Origin: Actinomycetota bacterium
GTDB lineage: Bacteria; Actinomycetota; Acidimicrobiia; Spongiisociales; UBA4744
Reading direction: 5' to 3'
NCBI GenBank assembly: GCA_013152275.1
Contig: JAADGS010000027.1
Location: forward strand, 62,001 to 126,000
Length of the DNA stretch: 64,000 nt
The position numbers and the translations under genes were made by a program. This document shows positions 38,648 through 49,109 of the stretch, in pieces (position 1 is the first letter of the stretch; each line of letters opens with the position of its first letter). The notes below the pieces were generated by a model. It saw only the letters and a list, made by a program, of their open reading frames with translations. It had not been told where the DNA came from and made no database searches.

Positions 38648-39784
38648 TTACCGCTTCGCCCACCCGATCAGGTTCGAGACGAACCGGTCGGCGAGCGCCA
38701 GTTGGGCAACGCTGACATATTCGTCCGGCTGGTGGGCTTGGGCGATGTTTCCGGGGCCGAGGAGAATCGAGGGAATCCCGGCGTTCGAGAACAATCCTGC
38801 CTCGCTCCCATAGGTGACTTTCCCCGTGTCCCGGCGCTCGGCGAGGCTGTTCGCCCATCGGACGATCTGTGCATCTCGGGCGGTGGAGAGACCAGGGAGA
38901 TACACATTGGGCTCGATGTGGATGGCGCCGTAGCTTCCCATCTCGCGTGCCAGCCTGTCGCCTTCTTCCCGGATGCGTCGGAGGATCGTGTCGAGGTCGT
39001 CTGTGGGGAGATTGCGGATCTCGAACTGGAAGACACAGGAGCCGGGGACGATGTTCAGGGCGGTGCCCCCGGCGACGGTACCGACGTGGACCGTGCTGTG
39101 CGGCACGACGTATCCGGGATCGAAGGGACCGTTCTTCGCGATATCCCGGGCCAGGTCTTGAAGGAACACGATGAGTCGTGCCGCATACTCGACTGCGTTG
39201 ACACCTTGCGGGGCGAGGGAGGAATGGCGTTCTACTCCCGTCACATTCACTCGATAGGTGCCGATGCCTTTGTGATCGGTAACGACCTGCATCTCCGTCG
39301 GTTCTCCGACCACGCAGAATCGAGGAAGAACCGGGAGGGATTCGAGCGCTCGAATCAGATCAGGTGCACCCAGACCACCGACTTCCTCGTCGTAGGAGAG
39401 GGCAATGTGGATGGGAACTCTGAGATCGGCAGCGACGAAGGCCGGCAGAGCGGAGAGGATGGCGGCGATGAAGCTCTTCATGTCGGCGGTACCGCGGCCG
39501 TAGAGACGCTTCTTGTGCTCGGTTGCTGTGAAGGGGTCGGTCGACCAGTTCTGGCCGTCGACCGGAACGACGTCGGTGTGTGCCGAGAGAACGACACCGG
39601 GTTCGGATATCGGTCCGATGACGGCCAGCAGGTTCGCTTTGGTCCCTTGGGGGTTCGGAATCCGGCGGCTTTCGATACCGTGCTTCGCCAGGAGGTCTTC
39701 GACGAATGCGATGAGCGGCAGGTTGGTCCCGGCACTCGTCGTGTCGAAAGCGACGAGCTGCCGGAGCATGTCGATCGTACGCAT
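38648..39784 (-). CDS. argE: Acetylornithine deacetylase (M20)
   Basis: LSAHTDVVP, YGRGTADMK, SYDEEVG, GEPT, HKG, HSS, SEAG, AHQPDE. Confidence 0.88.
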   Translation of the reverse strand: MRTIDMLRQLVAFDTTSAGTNLPLIAFVEDLLAKHGIESRRIPNPQGTKANLLAVIGPISEPGVVLSAHTDVVPVDGQNWSTDPFTATEHKKRLYGRGTADMKSFIAAILSALPAFVAADLRVPIHIALSYDEEVGGLGAPDLIRALESLPVLPRFCVVGEPTEMQVVTDHKGIGTYRVNVTGVERHSSLAPQGVNAVEYAARLIVFLQDLARDIAKNGPFDPGYVVPHSTVHVGTVAGGTALNIVPGSCVFQFEIRNLPTDDLDTILRRIREEGDRLAREMGSYGAIHIEPNVYLPGLSTARDAQIVRWANSLAERRDTGKVTYGSEAGLFSNAGIPSILLGPGNIAQAHQPDEYVSVAQLALADRFVSNLIGWAKR

Positions 39785-39987
39785 GGGCAGATCCTAAAGG
39801 CTCGCTGCACTCGTCGAATTCGGCACCCGGTATCTCTACGCCGGGTCGACCCAAGATCCGGGGGCGAACGCAGCCATCACCGCTTCGCGGCTGCTGTTCC
39901 CCGCATTGCGTTCCATGCGCCATTCAACGGAACGTCGGCACTTCCTGCGGGGGACCTCGGTCGACAATCCGTACGCGTCGGTACCCT

Positions 39988-40869
39988 GTGACCGTGAACA
40001 AGCTGGAACCGACTCCCCGCTGGGTCGTCGCGGTGCTCGGCCTGGCTCTGCTGACGCTCCTGACGGTCGTGGCGATCGGTGCACGGCAGATTCCCGGCGC
40101 GACCGGTGATTCACAATTGCCGCTGGACTCGCGAGCGATGGGACAGATCCTCGCGGTCACCGCCTGGCTGGTGATGGTCGCGTTGCTGATCTGGATCATG
40201 TTGCCGGGTGGGGTACGGAAGAAGCAAAGGACGCCCCCGAAGCGGAAGTCGTGGTTGGCGGCTGCCTTGGTACTGGTCGCTCTGCTGGCCGTGTTCATGC
40301 AGGTGGGAAAGTTCACACAGTCGGGAAAGCAGCATTCGGATCTCACGGCGGAGCAGCCGTCGACGATGCTGAGTGTCCCGAACGCGCAGAACCCGACCGC
40401 CGTGTCGATGGGGTCGCGTGCAGCCTTGCCGGCCGGCTCGACGGCAGGGCTTCTGCTCGTGGCGGCCGCAGTGGTCCTGGCGGTCGTGGCACTGTCTGCA
40501 ATCGGGAAGGGGAGGAACGACCAGTCCGACATGGAGCCTGTCGAGGAGCCTGACTTCTCGAGCGTCATCGATGATCTCCTCGCAGAGTTGGAGCACTCCG
40601 GCGATCCGAGAGCCGTCGTGATCGGAGCGTACGCGCGAATGGAGCAGGCGCTCGGAAAGGACGGCATGTCGCGCCGCAGCACGGAAGCGCCACTGGAGTT
40701 CCTCGACCGGGCACTTCGCCAGTTGGATGTGAGTGGACATGCCGCGAAGCGTCTCACCGGCCTGTTTGCGGAGGCGCGTTTCAGTCCGCATGTGATCGAT
40801 GAGGGAATGTCGGCGGAGGCGATCGATGCCCTTCGTGAAATCCGTGATGAGTTGAGGGCCAAGGCATGA
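39988..40869 (+). CDS. DUF4129-domain membrane protein
   Basis: Several TMs; C-terminal DPR.VVI.AY.RME..L...G..R...E.P.EF...LT.LF.EARFS.H. Confidence 0.82.
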   Translation: MTVNKLEPTPRWVVAVLGLALLTLLTVVAIGARQIPGATGDSQLPLDSRAMGQILAVTAWLVMVALLIWIMLPGGVRKKQRTPPKRKSWLAAALVLVALLAVFMQVGKFTQSGKQHSDLTAEQPSTMLSVPNAQNPTAVSMGSRAALPAGSTAGLLLVAAAVVLAVVALSAIGKGRNDQSDMEPVEEPDFSSVIDDLLAELEHSGDPRAVVIGAYARMEQALGKDGMSRRSTEAPLEFLDRALRQLDVSGHAAKRLTGLFAEARFSPHVIDEGMSAEAIDALREIRDELRAKA

Positions 40870-41357
40870 GACGGGTGGTGGTGGCGACTCTGGCGGTGGC
40901 GGTGGTTGTCACGGGCATCCTGTTCTGGTTTTCCGGCTTCATGGAGGCAGCCGCCTATGAGGTGCTGCTGGGAGTCGTTGCCGTCGCCGGTCTGGTCGCG
41001 TTGCGCACGTCGGTACCCACCTCCCGGTCGGCGATCGGCGCGCCGGCGCGCCGGCGCGCCGTCCCTCCGCAACTCGAGCGCCTGGAGCGAATCGTCAGGT
41101 TTGGAACGAGCACGGCCATCGATGCCGATCGCCGGTTGTACCGGGTCTTGCGCGACCAGGCCCGCGAGTTGCTGCTCAGCCGTTACGGGGTGGATCTGGA
41201 CGCCGAGCCGGAGGAGGCAAGGCGGCTGTTGGGTGACGGCGCATGGGAACGCATCCGTCCCGATCGGCCCGTTTCCAAGGATCCTCTCGGTCCGGGTGCC
41301 GAGCTGTCGGAAGTGGATATGGTCGTCGGCGCGATCGAACGCATCGCCGGTCGGTAG
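40866..41357 (+). CDS. Hypothetical membrane protein (MoxR operon)
   Basis: Two TMs plus soluble tail; ATGA-coupled to the upstream gene. Confidence 0.75.
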   Translation: MRRVVVATLAVAVVVTGILFWFSGFMEAAAYEVLLGVVAVAGLVALRTSVPTSRSAIGAPARRRAVPPQLERLERIVRFGTSTAIDADRRLYRVLRDQARELLLSRYGVDLDAEPEEARRLLGDGAWERIRPDRPVSKDPLGPGAELSEVDMVVGAIERIAGR

Positions 41358-41367
41358 GCTGCGGCTG

Positions 41368-42336
41368 ATGAACGAACTCGATGTGCAGCAGGTTGCCACG
41401 CTGGCCAGGCGTGTCCTCGATGAAATCGAGCGGGCGGTGATCGGAAAGCGGGCTGCTCTCGAGCTGATGCTGCTGTCGATTCTGTCGGACGGTCACATCT
41501 TGATCGAGGATTATCCGGGACTTGCGAAGACGCTGATGGCTCGCTCGTTCGCTCAAGTCACGGATCTGGCATTCAACCGTGTGCAATTCACCCCCGATCT
41601 GATGCCGATGGACGTGACCGGGTCCATGGTGCTGGGTGCCGGACGACAGCTCGAGTTTCGTCGAGGGCCCGTGTTCACGAACCTGCTGCTCGCCGACGAG
41701 GTGAACCGTGCGCCGGCGAAAACGCAGGCGGCCCTGCTGGAGGCGATGCAGGAACGCCAGGTGACCGTGGACGGCGTGACACATCCGCTCGATCGGCCAT
41801 TCCTGGTCATGGCGACTCAGAATCCGATCGAGTACGAAGGCACCTATCCACTGCCGGAGGCGCAACTCGACCGCTTTCTGATGCGACTCTCCGTCGGGTA
41901 TCCGGAGCCGGAAGACGAATGGCGAATCTTGGAGGACCGCATGGAGCGACGGTCCGACGACGTACGGCTCGACGTTGTCATCGATGGTCGGACATTGCGA
42001 GGAATGCAGCGGGTGGTCGAGAGCGTCCACGTTTCCGAGCCTGTCGGCAAATACATCGTGGATCTTGTCGGGTCGACGCGGACACGGAGAAGGACACAGG
42101 TCGGAGCGAGCCCTCGGGGATCGTTGGCGGTGATGAAGCTGTCCAGGGCGAAGGCTGCGGTCGATGGGCGAGACTTCGTCACACCCGACGACGTCAAACG
42201 CGTTGCCATCCCTGCCCTTGCGCACCGCATCATCCTGCGCCCCGAGCTCTGGGTTCAGGACGTCCGGGGCGAAGACGTCGTGGAAGAGTGCCTCGACACC
42301 GTTCCCACTCCACCATCCGTGCCGCGCGACGAATGA
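41368..42336 (+). CDS. MoxR family AAA+ ATPase
   Basis: EDYPGLAKT, RVQFTPDLMP, LADEVNRA..KTQAALLEAM, ATQNPIE.EGTYPLPEAQLDRF. Confidence 0.95.
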   Translation: MNELDVQQVATLARRVLDEIERAVIGKRAALELMLLSILSDGHILIEDYPGLAKTLMARSFAQVTDLAFNRVQFTPDLMPMDVTGSMVLGAGRQLEFRRGPVFTNLLLADEVNRAPAKTQAALLEAMQERQVTVDGVTHPLDRPFLVMATQNPIEYEGTYPLPEAQLDRFLMRLSVGYPEPEDEWRILEDRMERRSDDVRLDVVIDGRTLRGMQRVVESVHVSEPVGKYIVDLVGSTRTRRRTQVGASPRGSLAVMKLSRAKAAVDGRDFVTPDDVKRVAIPALAHRIILRPELWVQDVRGEDVVEECLDTVPTPPSVPRDE

Positions 42337-43631
42337 CCCGTCTGGTCTCTCCTCGCTTCCGCACCTATGCGGTGCTGGGAGTCGTGGCGTTGATCGGAGG
42401 CCTCGCCTCCGGCAGGCCCGAGCTCGTTGCCGTGTCCGCGCCCTTCATCTTGCTGATCGGACTCGGCCTGATGGGGACCTTCGATCTGTCTCCGGTGCTC
42501 GAGGCTCGATTCGATCGGGATCGCGCCTTGGAGGGCGAAGATGTTCACCTTCACATCGCCATTACTTCGCGGGCCGTCCGCTTACTGGAGGTCTCGTGCG
42601 ATCTGCCTGCCGGGCTCTCGGTTGCGCCAGACCAGGACGATCCGCTGATCACTCTCGTCGGCGAGACCGGTGTCGTGATCCGTCACGGCGGCGGGCTGGT
42701 GGATCTCACCGTGCGCCTGTCCTGCGATCGGTGGGGTGCCTACCGTCCGGCCTGGATTCGGCTGCGAAACCGGCAGGGCCTCACGCAGTTCGTTCACGTG
42801 GGCGTGTTCCCCGTTGATCTCGAACTGCGCGTCTATCCAAGGACCGATACGCTTCGCCGCCTCTTTCAACCGGTGGAGACACAACTCGGGTTCGGGGACC
42901 TGGTCTCACGAAGGAAGGGAGAGGGACTCGAGTTTGCCGATATCCGACCGTTCAGTCCCGGTGACGACCCTCGCCGTATCAACTGGAGAGTCAGCGCCAC
43001 GGGGCGAGGTGTCTGGGTCAACGATCGACATCCCGAACGCAACAGCGATGTGGTGCTGCTCGTCGACACGCTTGCCAGTGCTCGTCGAGGAGTAGGTGTC
43101 GTGCTGGACCTGGCGGTACGAGCAGCGGCTGCAATCGCGGCCGGACACCTGGGGCGCCATGATCGTGTCGGACTGATCTCGTTCGGGGAGCCCATTCGGT
43201 GGCTTCAGGCGGGCATGGGTGACGTTCAGCGCTATCGGATACTCGACACGCTGATGGAGAGCCATGTCCATTGGCAGCTGCTCTGGCGGGGCGTGCGAGT
43301 CGTCCCGCCAGGTGCCCTTCCCGCGAAGGCGCTGGTCGTCGGGCTCACGCCGCTGCTGGACGATCGGGTGATCGAGGCATTCGGCGAGCTTGGCGGGCGA
43401 GGCTTCGATGTGATCGTCATCGAGATTCCTCCCGAACCGTTCCTGCCCAACGCCGAGAAACCGCCCGATCGTGTGGCGCGTCGCATCTGGAAACTCGAAC
43501 GCGAAGCAACACGAAGTCGCTTCGCGCGTCACGGCATCGCCGTTGTGCGGTGGGACCCGAGCGAGCCTCTGCAGCAGGCGCTCGTGAATGCGCAGAGCTA
43601 CCGAAGGAGTCGTCTTCGTGCACGAGCGTGA
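42333..43631 (+). CDS. DUF58 (VWA-like) protein
   Basis: G.EFADIRPF.PGDD.RRINW, DRVGL; coupled to the MoxR gene. Confidence 0.9.
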   Translation: MTRLVSPRFRTYAVLGVVALIGGLASGRPELVAVSAPFILLIGLGLMGTFDLSPVLEARFDRDRALEGEDVHLHIAITSRAVRLLEVSCDLPAGLSVAPDQDDPLITLVGETGVVIRHGGGLVDLTVRLSCDRWGAYRPAWIRLRNRQGLTQFVHVGVFPVDLELRVYPRTDTLRRLFQPVETQLGFGDLVSRRKGEGLEFADIRPFSPGDDPRRINWRVSATGRGVWVNDRHPERNSDVVLLVDTLASARRGVGVVLDLAVRAAAAIAAGHLGRHDRVGLISFGEPIRWLQAGMGDVQRYRILDTLMESHVHWQLLWRGVRVVPPGALPAKALVVGLTPLLDDRVIEAFGELGGRGFDVIVIEIPPEPFLPNAEKPPDRVARRIWKLEREATRSRFARHGIAVVRWDPSEPLQQALVNAQSYRRSRLRARA

Positions 43632-43635
43632 ATCG

Positions 43636-44178
43636 ATGGTGTTGGAGAGGATCGGCGCGCGTCGGAAGATCCGCCGGGATGTGGTGACGGCCTTGCTGGG
43701 AGCGTTTGCCGTGTTGCTGGCCGGTGTCATCGGTGTGTTCGGTGCCACGGGGCTTCCTCCGCTCCGACTCGTGGCGCTTGTGGCACTGGTGCTGTCGGCT
43801 CTCGGACTGACCGCCGGTGCATCATGGCCGATCACCGGCGCCGCGGTGCTGCTCATTGTCGAATGGGCCGTCGGACTGGCCGCTGGATCGGTTGTGTCCG
43901 GGTGGACTCCGTACTTTGCCGTCGGGCTGTATCTGCTCGTGGAGTCGGGGGTGACGGTGCTCGAGCGAAGAGGCGTTGTGGAGGCGCCGGAAGAGCCGAA
44001 TCCGGGCAGGATCGCCGCCGTTGCCGCCACGTCGCTTGTCGTGTGGGCGGTGGCGGCGCTGATTGTCCAGCTGAGTCGCTTCGAGATATCCGTCGGAGCG
44101 TTCACTCAGATCGCAGGAGCGGCGGCGGCAGCGGCCGTGGTCGCGACGCTCGGCAGGCTGCTGCGGAAGAGAGTGTGA
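43636..44178 (+). CDS. Hypothetical membrane protein
   Basis: About 6 hydrophobic segments; last gene of the MoxR operon. Confidence 0.7.
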   Translation: MVLERIGARRKIRRDVVTALLGAFAVLLAGVIGVFGATGLPPLRLVALVALVLSALGLTAGASWPITGAAVLLIVEWAVGLAAGSVVSGWTPYFAVGLYLLVESGVTVLERRGVVEAPEEPNPGRIAAVAATSLVVWAVAALIVQLSRFEISVGAFTQIAGAAAAAAVVATLGRLLRKRV

Positions 44179-44329
44179 TCCGAACGGTGCCCGCTGCACC
44201 GGGTCCCGAGGGTCCTGGTGTTCGGCCGCCGGCTTTCCCGGGCACGGCGAGGTTCGCTTCCCTGATCCTGCGATGGCCGGTCGCCGTTTGCCGGGGGAGG
44301 AGCACCGGCTCGGCTTCGTTGCCGGCGCC

Positions 44330-44983
44330 CTAACGAGATCCTCGTGCAGGGCGGAGGAGCACCTCACCTCCGATCGGACGAAAACCCGCGGCCAGGAAGG
44401 CCCGCAGTGACGCCGCATTGCCGGGTGAAATCGAGGCAAAAAGCCAGTCTGCCTTGCCTACGAGGCCTCGTGCATCGGTGATGAGGCTGCGACCCACACC
44501 CCTGGAGCGAGCGCTCTCGGGGACCTCGACGCTCACGTCCAGGCGACCTGCCACACCGGTGCCGAGGATGACCAGCCCGCGGTCGTCCCCGTAGACACGC
44601 ACGTCGACCCGCAGATTCCGGGCGAGTCGCGTTCGTGGATGATCGTCGAGATCGAATCGTTCCGGCAGCGCCGGAGCGTCGAGCCCGGGTGCGACGAGGA
44701 GATTGTCCAGGCAGCCGATCCATCCGTCCCTGCCGGCAAGCCATGTGAGAAACCTCGCGTTGTGCGCGCCACCGTATCCATCCGCACCCGCCGCTCGGAT
44801 TGCATCCGCCTCGAGAGCCGTGGCGACGAAGGCGTGCCCGGTGAAGGCGATGACCGCTTCGAGGCTGCGCCAGGAGGGAAGCACGTCGACAGCTCCGTCG
44901 ACGGGAGGGAATCGGCCGGCCGCTGCGTCCTCGAGGACGGCGAGAAGTGGATGCGGTGCCATGAAGCGGGATGCTATCGACAC
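44330..44983 (-). CDS. Putative GNAT acetyltransferase
   Basis: V.E..R.RGVGR.L acetyl-CoA motif; N.ASLRAF..AGF. Confidence 0.8.
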   Translation of the reverse strand: MSIASRFMAPHPLLAVLEDAAAGRFPPVDGAVDVLPSWRSLEAVIAFTGHAFVATALEADAIRAAGADGYGGAHNARFLTWLAGRDGWIGCLDNLLVAPGLDAPALPERFDLDDHPRTRLARNLRVDVRVYGDDRGLVILGTGVAGRLDVSVEVPESARSRGVGRSLITDARGLVGKADWLFASISPGNAASLRAFLAAGFRPIGGEVLLRPARGSR

Positions 44984-45339
44984 GATCGGTGGGCTGCGAA
45001 CGCCTCCGGCATGACCGGACCGCCCTCGGCATGATGTTCAGAGCGGGCCCGTGCGGAGTCGCCGTACTCCCGGCGTACTTCGGCTGCAGGACGAAGCGCG
45101 GGAGGAGAGCGCGGCGCCGCCGATGCCATCGGTGGTGGTCGCGATGTCGGTCGACACCTGCGGTAGATGCCGGTGCTCCACACGTCTCTCTCTGTGGCCG
45201 GACAGGTCGTCGGTGGGAGACACGCCGCCCGTACCATGGAGGACGCAGCCGAAAGGGAGAATCTGCACCGCTTGTCGGGCCGGCGGCAGTGTGTGCGTTC
45301 TCCGCCCACGATCGTCGGTGAGCAGTATCCTCTTGCCTC

Positions 45340-46863
45340 ATGCAGGTGTCTCGCCATCGTCGGGGAACCCGAGGAGCCGTTGCGGCGTTCTGGTCCGCGA
45401 TCCTTCCTGGTCTTGGGCAGCTATACGTAGGGCGTCGACGGCGGGGATGGGTGATGCTCCTTGTCACGTTTGCGCTGGTGGTTGCCGCCGGAGTCGTTGC
45501 CTCCGAAGGACTGTCGAACCTGCTGAAGGTGCTTGTCCGGCCGGACGTTCTCGTCGGTATCTTCGTCGGCAACATCGTGCTCTTCGCTCTGCGGGTGGCT
45601 TCCGCGATCGATGCGTACCGTCTCGGCTCGGGGGTTTCGAGTGGTTTGCTTCGACCTGAGGCCGCCGGACTGTTCATCATTCTTGCCGCGATTCTTCTCA
45701 TCGTTCCCCACGCATATCTGGGGTACGCGGACCTGGTCACCCATCGGGCGATCAGCTCCGTGTTCGAGTCTGCCTCTTCGACGTTGACGACGGCGGCGGC
45801 AGTGGTATCGACGACTGCCGGAGGGAGTAACACGAGTGCGCCGACCAGCACGGTGACGTTGCCGACGACCACCACGACGACTGCCCCTCTTTGGGCAGGC
45901 CAGGGAAGGTTGAATATCTTGTTGCTCGGTGGTGACGCGGGAGTGGGGAGGACCGGGATTCGCACCGATACGATGATGGTGGTGAGCATCGACCCGGAGA
46001 CCGGGGATTCGGCGATCCTGCAGGTGCCACGCAACTTCGCACGAATGCCGCTGCCGACGAATCTGCGCATCAACGAGTGCAACTGCTTTTCCGACATTGC
46101 CAACGCGATCTATCAGTTCGGGGAGAAGCATCCGGATCTCTATCCCGACGCAGCCGATCCCGGGGCGGCGCTGATCATGGCTTCGTTCCAGCGCCTGATG
46201 GGCATTCCGATCCACTACTACGCGCTCGTCGATCTGGAAGGGTTCGTCGACATGGTGGACGCCGTCGGGGGAGTATCGATCTACGTTTCCAAACGGGTAT
46301 ACGACAAGAACTACCCGCATGAGGATGGGTCGACCGAAGTGATCGACATCCAGCCGGGCGAATACCACATGGACGGGCACTTGGCGCTCGCATACGCACG
46401 ATCCCGGCACGGCTCCGACGACTACAACCGGATGGGACGGCAGCGCTGTGTCCTCGAGGCGATGTTGAAGGAGGCCAATCCTGTCACGATGGCACTGAGG
46501 ATCGGGCCGATCGCCGACGCGATCTCCAGCTATGTCAAGACAAACATTCCGATCGAGCAGCTCCCCAATCTGATCGATCTGCTGCCGAAACTGGACTCTG
46601 ACCGGATCGTCAGCGTTCGCTTCATGCCGCCGACCTATGTTGCCGGGTACACGAAAGATCGATACTCGATTCCGGATGTGGACAAGATCAGGCAGACGGT
46701 GTCTCTCGTGATGAGTGTCCCCGCACAGGAGGCGATCGCTGCGCTCGAGCTGAAACCGCTGTCGTCGACCTGTGAAAAGCCGGAGCCTGCGACCACGACG
46801 ACGACCACCACGACCACCACGACCACCACGACGACCACCACGACGGCCACGACGAGTCCGTGA
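45340..46863 (+). CDS. LCP (LytR-CpsA-Psr) family cell-wall glycopolymer ligase
   Basis: NILLLGGD, RTDTM, PRN, GF..MVDAVGG, AL.YARSR...DDY.RM.RQ; N-terminal TMs. Confidence 0.93.
   Translation: MQVSRHRRGTRGAVAAFWSAILPGLGQLYVGRRRRGWVMLLVTFALVVAAGVVASEGLSNLLKVLVRPDVLVGIFVGNIVLFALRVASAIDAYRLGSGVSSGLLRPEAAGLFIILAAILLIVPHAYLGYADLVTHRAISSVFESASSTLTTAAAVVSTTAGGSNTSAPTSTVTLPTTTTTTAPLWAGQGRLNILLLGGDAGVGRTGIRTDTMMVVSIDPETGDSAILQVPRNFARMPLPTNLRINECNCFSDIANAIYQFGEKHPDLYPDAADPGAALIMASFQRLMGIPIHYYALVDLEGFVDMVDAVGGVSIYVSKRVYDKNYPHEDGSTEVIDIQPGEYHMDGHLALAYARSRHGSDDYNRMGRQRCVLEAMLKEANPVTMALRIGPIADAISSYVKTNIPIEQLPNLIDLLPKLDSDRIVSVRFMPPTYVAGYTKDRYSIPDVDKIRQTVSLVMSVPAQEAIAALELKPLSSTCEKPEPATTTTTTTTTTTTTTTTTTATTSP
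46792..46854 (+). repeat. (ACC/ACG)n trinucleotide repeat encoding the poly-Thr tail
   Basis: About 18 consecutive Thr codons at the LCP C-terminus. Confidence 0.9.
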
Positions 46864-47088
46864 CGGGCGGGAGAGGTGCGGGGCGCGCTCTGGAAAGCGG
46901 AGGTCGGATGGGTGCCACCCTTCGGTATCGAGAACGGCCGAACGCTTCGCGATCCGACACGTGGTTGCAGTGGCAACCCGGCGATCCCTCCACGGCACGC
47001 CGGCATCGGGTGAAACGACGCCGGATGTGTTTGTCGCTTCGACATGGTTCACGACCGTGCCTTGTCAGGTCCGAGCCGTCGCGCCCGT

Positions 47089-47137
47089 CCTACGGTCTTG
47101 TCTCGATCTGAGGTTGCGACTCGGAATACGAGAAACG
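47089..47137 (+). repeat. Leader of the TACGAAG-family element (29/31 identical to 6417-6447) plus degenerate heptamers
   Basis: cctacggtcttgtctcgatctgaggttgcga-ctcggaa-tacgaga-aacg. Confidence 0.75.
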
Positions 47138-47180
47138 ATGCAGCCGGTACCGGCTGCATCGAGCGAGACGAGCGGTCGAC

Positions 47181-49004
47181 CTACTCGCCGGGGTCACGAA
47201 TGATTGCCGGAATCGTTGCGGCGAGAATCTTGAGGTCGAGCAGGAGCGTCCTGGTGCGGACGTACTCGGCGTCGTAGCGGTTGCGTTGCTCGGGTGAGAT
47301 GGCATCCCTGCCGTGCACTTGCGCCAGCCCGGTGATTCCGGGTTTCGCGATTCGCCGTGTGGGGTCGCCGAGCAGCTCGGATTCTGCAGGGACGAGTGGT
47401 CGCGGGCCGACGAGCGACATCTCTCCCCGGATGACATTCCAGAGGTTTGGGAGTTCATCGAGGGAACCTTTGCGAAGCAGTCTGCCGATCGGTGTTACGC
47501 GAGGATCGTCCTCCATCTTGAGGCGGCTCCGGTTCGGCTGTCCTTTGAGATGCTCGAGATGCTCGAGATGGATGGTTTCGTCGGCGTTGTGCAGCATCGT
47601 CCGGAACTTCAGCATCGCGAACTGTTTCCCGTTCAGGCCGACCCGCGTCTGGTGGAAGAAGACCGGTCCGTGCGAGTTGAGTTTCACGGCGATCGCCACG
47701 GCGGCTATCGCCGGCAGGAGGATCAGCAGCAGTGCGGTCGCGAGGAGGATGTCGAGTGCGCGTTTCAACGTCGTATACATGATCGGGCTCGTAAACCGTG
47801 CCGCCGTCGCCGCGAGGGCGAAGGTCGCTGCCGCTTCTCCGGCGAGGAATGCGACGCCGATGCGGAAGTCCGGTGAACCTACGGTCAGGAGCAGTCCGGC
47901 CGCCGCTGCGATCAGGCCGACTATCCAGGCGAGTGTGAGCTTTCCGGTCTCCCCTCTGGCGACCAGGACCTGACCGAGAAACAGAGAGGCGCCGGCGAGG
48001 GTGACCCCGGCGGCGGCGAGCATCGCAAACGTGGGCTCGGGCCTGAAACCGCTGCCGAAGAGCGCCTCGACGATGGGCGGTCCGATCCAGAATCCGAGGA
48101 ACCCTGCGGGAACGGCCGTGATCACGCCCGAAGCGAGGAGGAGACCTACCCATCGTGTGAGATGTGCATCCTCGCCACGTTGGGCCATCGTCGTGAACGG
48201 AGGCAGCACCCTGGCGATCAGGTTGTACCCGAAGATGAGTGGTGCTCGAGCGAGGGTCATGGTGACGAAGACGGTGGAGATCAGAGCTGCGGACGCGCCG
48301 AGAAGACCTGCGACGAGTGGGCCGGCGAGCAGAAGCACCTGTGAGGTGGCGGCGGCGAGGATGAACGTGACGAGGAAACGGGTGGGCTCCGTTCTCTCAT
48401 CGGGGATCGGGGTGACGCGTAGCGAAGCAGGCCAGAAGAGGATCACGAGGGGTCCTGCTGCAAGAGCGGCGGCGAAGCCGAGCGCGCTACCGGTCGCGAT
48501 CGCCACAACGACGGCGACACTCACGCGCAGGATGGCCGCTCCACCGCTTGCCTCTCCGTATGAGCGAAAGCGGCGGTTTCCTGCGAGCGTCCCCCGCCCA
48601 TGTACGAAGAGCGCGTGGGTCAGTACCGTGGCTGCGGCGACATACGCGAACCGGACATCACCACCGAAGAGCCGGTCTTTTCCCCACAGGCCCACGGCGA
48701 AGGCGAGTACGGCCGTCAGGACGACGGTGATTCGGCCGGTCCGGGCTGTCGCCCTGGTGAGCCCACCGCGGATCGTGATCGCTCGGATCACGAGTTGCTC
48801 GACGGGAAGCAGCACGATGATGAATGTGAGGAAATGGATGGTGAGCAGCGACCCGATCGGCGCGAACTTCTCGGGTCCCAGGGCGCGACCACCGATGAGC
48901 TGGTAGACGTAGTTGCCGATGCCGGCGATGAGCGTTCCGGTGACCATCGCGGCGGTGCCGTCTCTGGCCAGGTATCGCAGGTGGGATGTTCTTTGATCTG
49001 TCAC
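47181..49004 (-). CDS. Polysaccharide flippase-like membrane domain fused to a bacterial sugar (phosphoglycosyl) transferase
   Basis: About 12 TMs with RALGPEKF.. Wzx-like start; C-terminal KRALD..GPVFF.Q.R.G..GK.F.M.KFRTM, DDPRVT, LDELP, MSLVGPRP, KPGITGLAQ; start uncertain (ORF to 49088). Confidence 0.85.
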   Translation of the reverse strand: MTDQRTSHLRYLARDGTAAMVTGTLIAGIGNYVYQLIGGRALGPEKFAPIGSLLTIHFLTFIIVLLPVEQLVIRAITIRGGLTRATARTGRITVVLTAVLAFAVGLWGKDRLFGGDVRFAYVAAATVLTHALFVHGRGTLAGNRRFRSYGEASGGAAILRVSVAVVVAIATGSALGFAAALAAGPLVILFWPASLRVTPIPDERTEPTRFLVTFILAAATSQVLLLAGPLVAGLLGASAALISTVFVTMTLARAPLIFGYNLIARVLPPFTTMAQRGEDAHLTRWVGLLLASGVITAVPAGFLGFWIGPPIVEALFGSGFRPEPTFAMLAAAGVTLAGASLFLGQVLVARGETGKLTLAWIVGLIAAAAGLLLTVGSPDFRIGVAFLAGEAAATFALAATAARFTSPIMYTTLKRALDILLATALLLILLPAIAAVAIAVKLNSHGPVFFHQTRVGLNGKQFAMLKFRTMLHNADETIHLEHLEHLKGQPNRSRLKMEDDPRVTPIGRLLRKGSLDELPNLWNVIRGEMSLVGPRPLVPAESELLGDPTRRIAKPGITGLAQVHGRDAISPEQRNRYDAEYVRTRTLLLDLKILAATIPAIIRDPGE

Positions 49005-49109
49005 GGGGGTTGCAGGTCGACGGATCGGACCAGCGTAGTGGGCCGGAACTCGGGACCGATGATCGATCGGGTCCACGAAGGAACGCAAACTGGTGGTTAA
49101 CTGTCGCTC

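Noticed and set aside
44984..45339. Short overlapping ORFs between the GNAT and LCP genes
   Set aside because: No recognisable motif or consistent coding frame; treated as divergent spacer or decayed sequence
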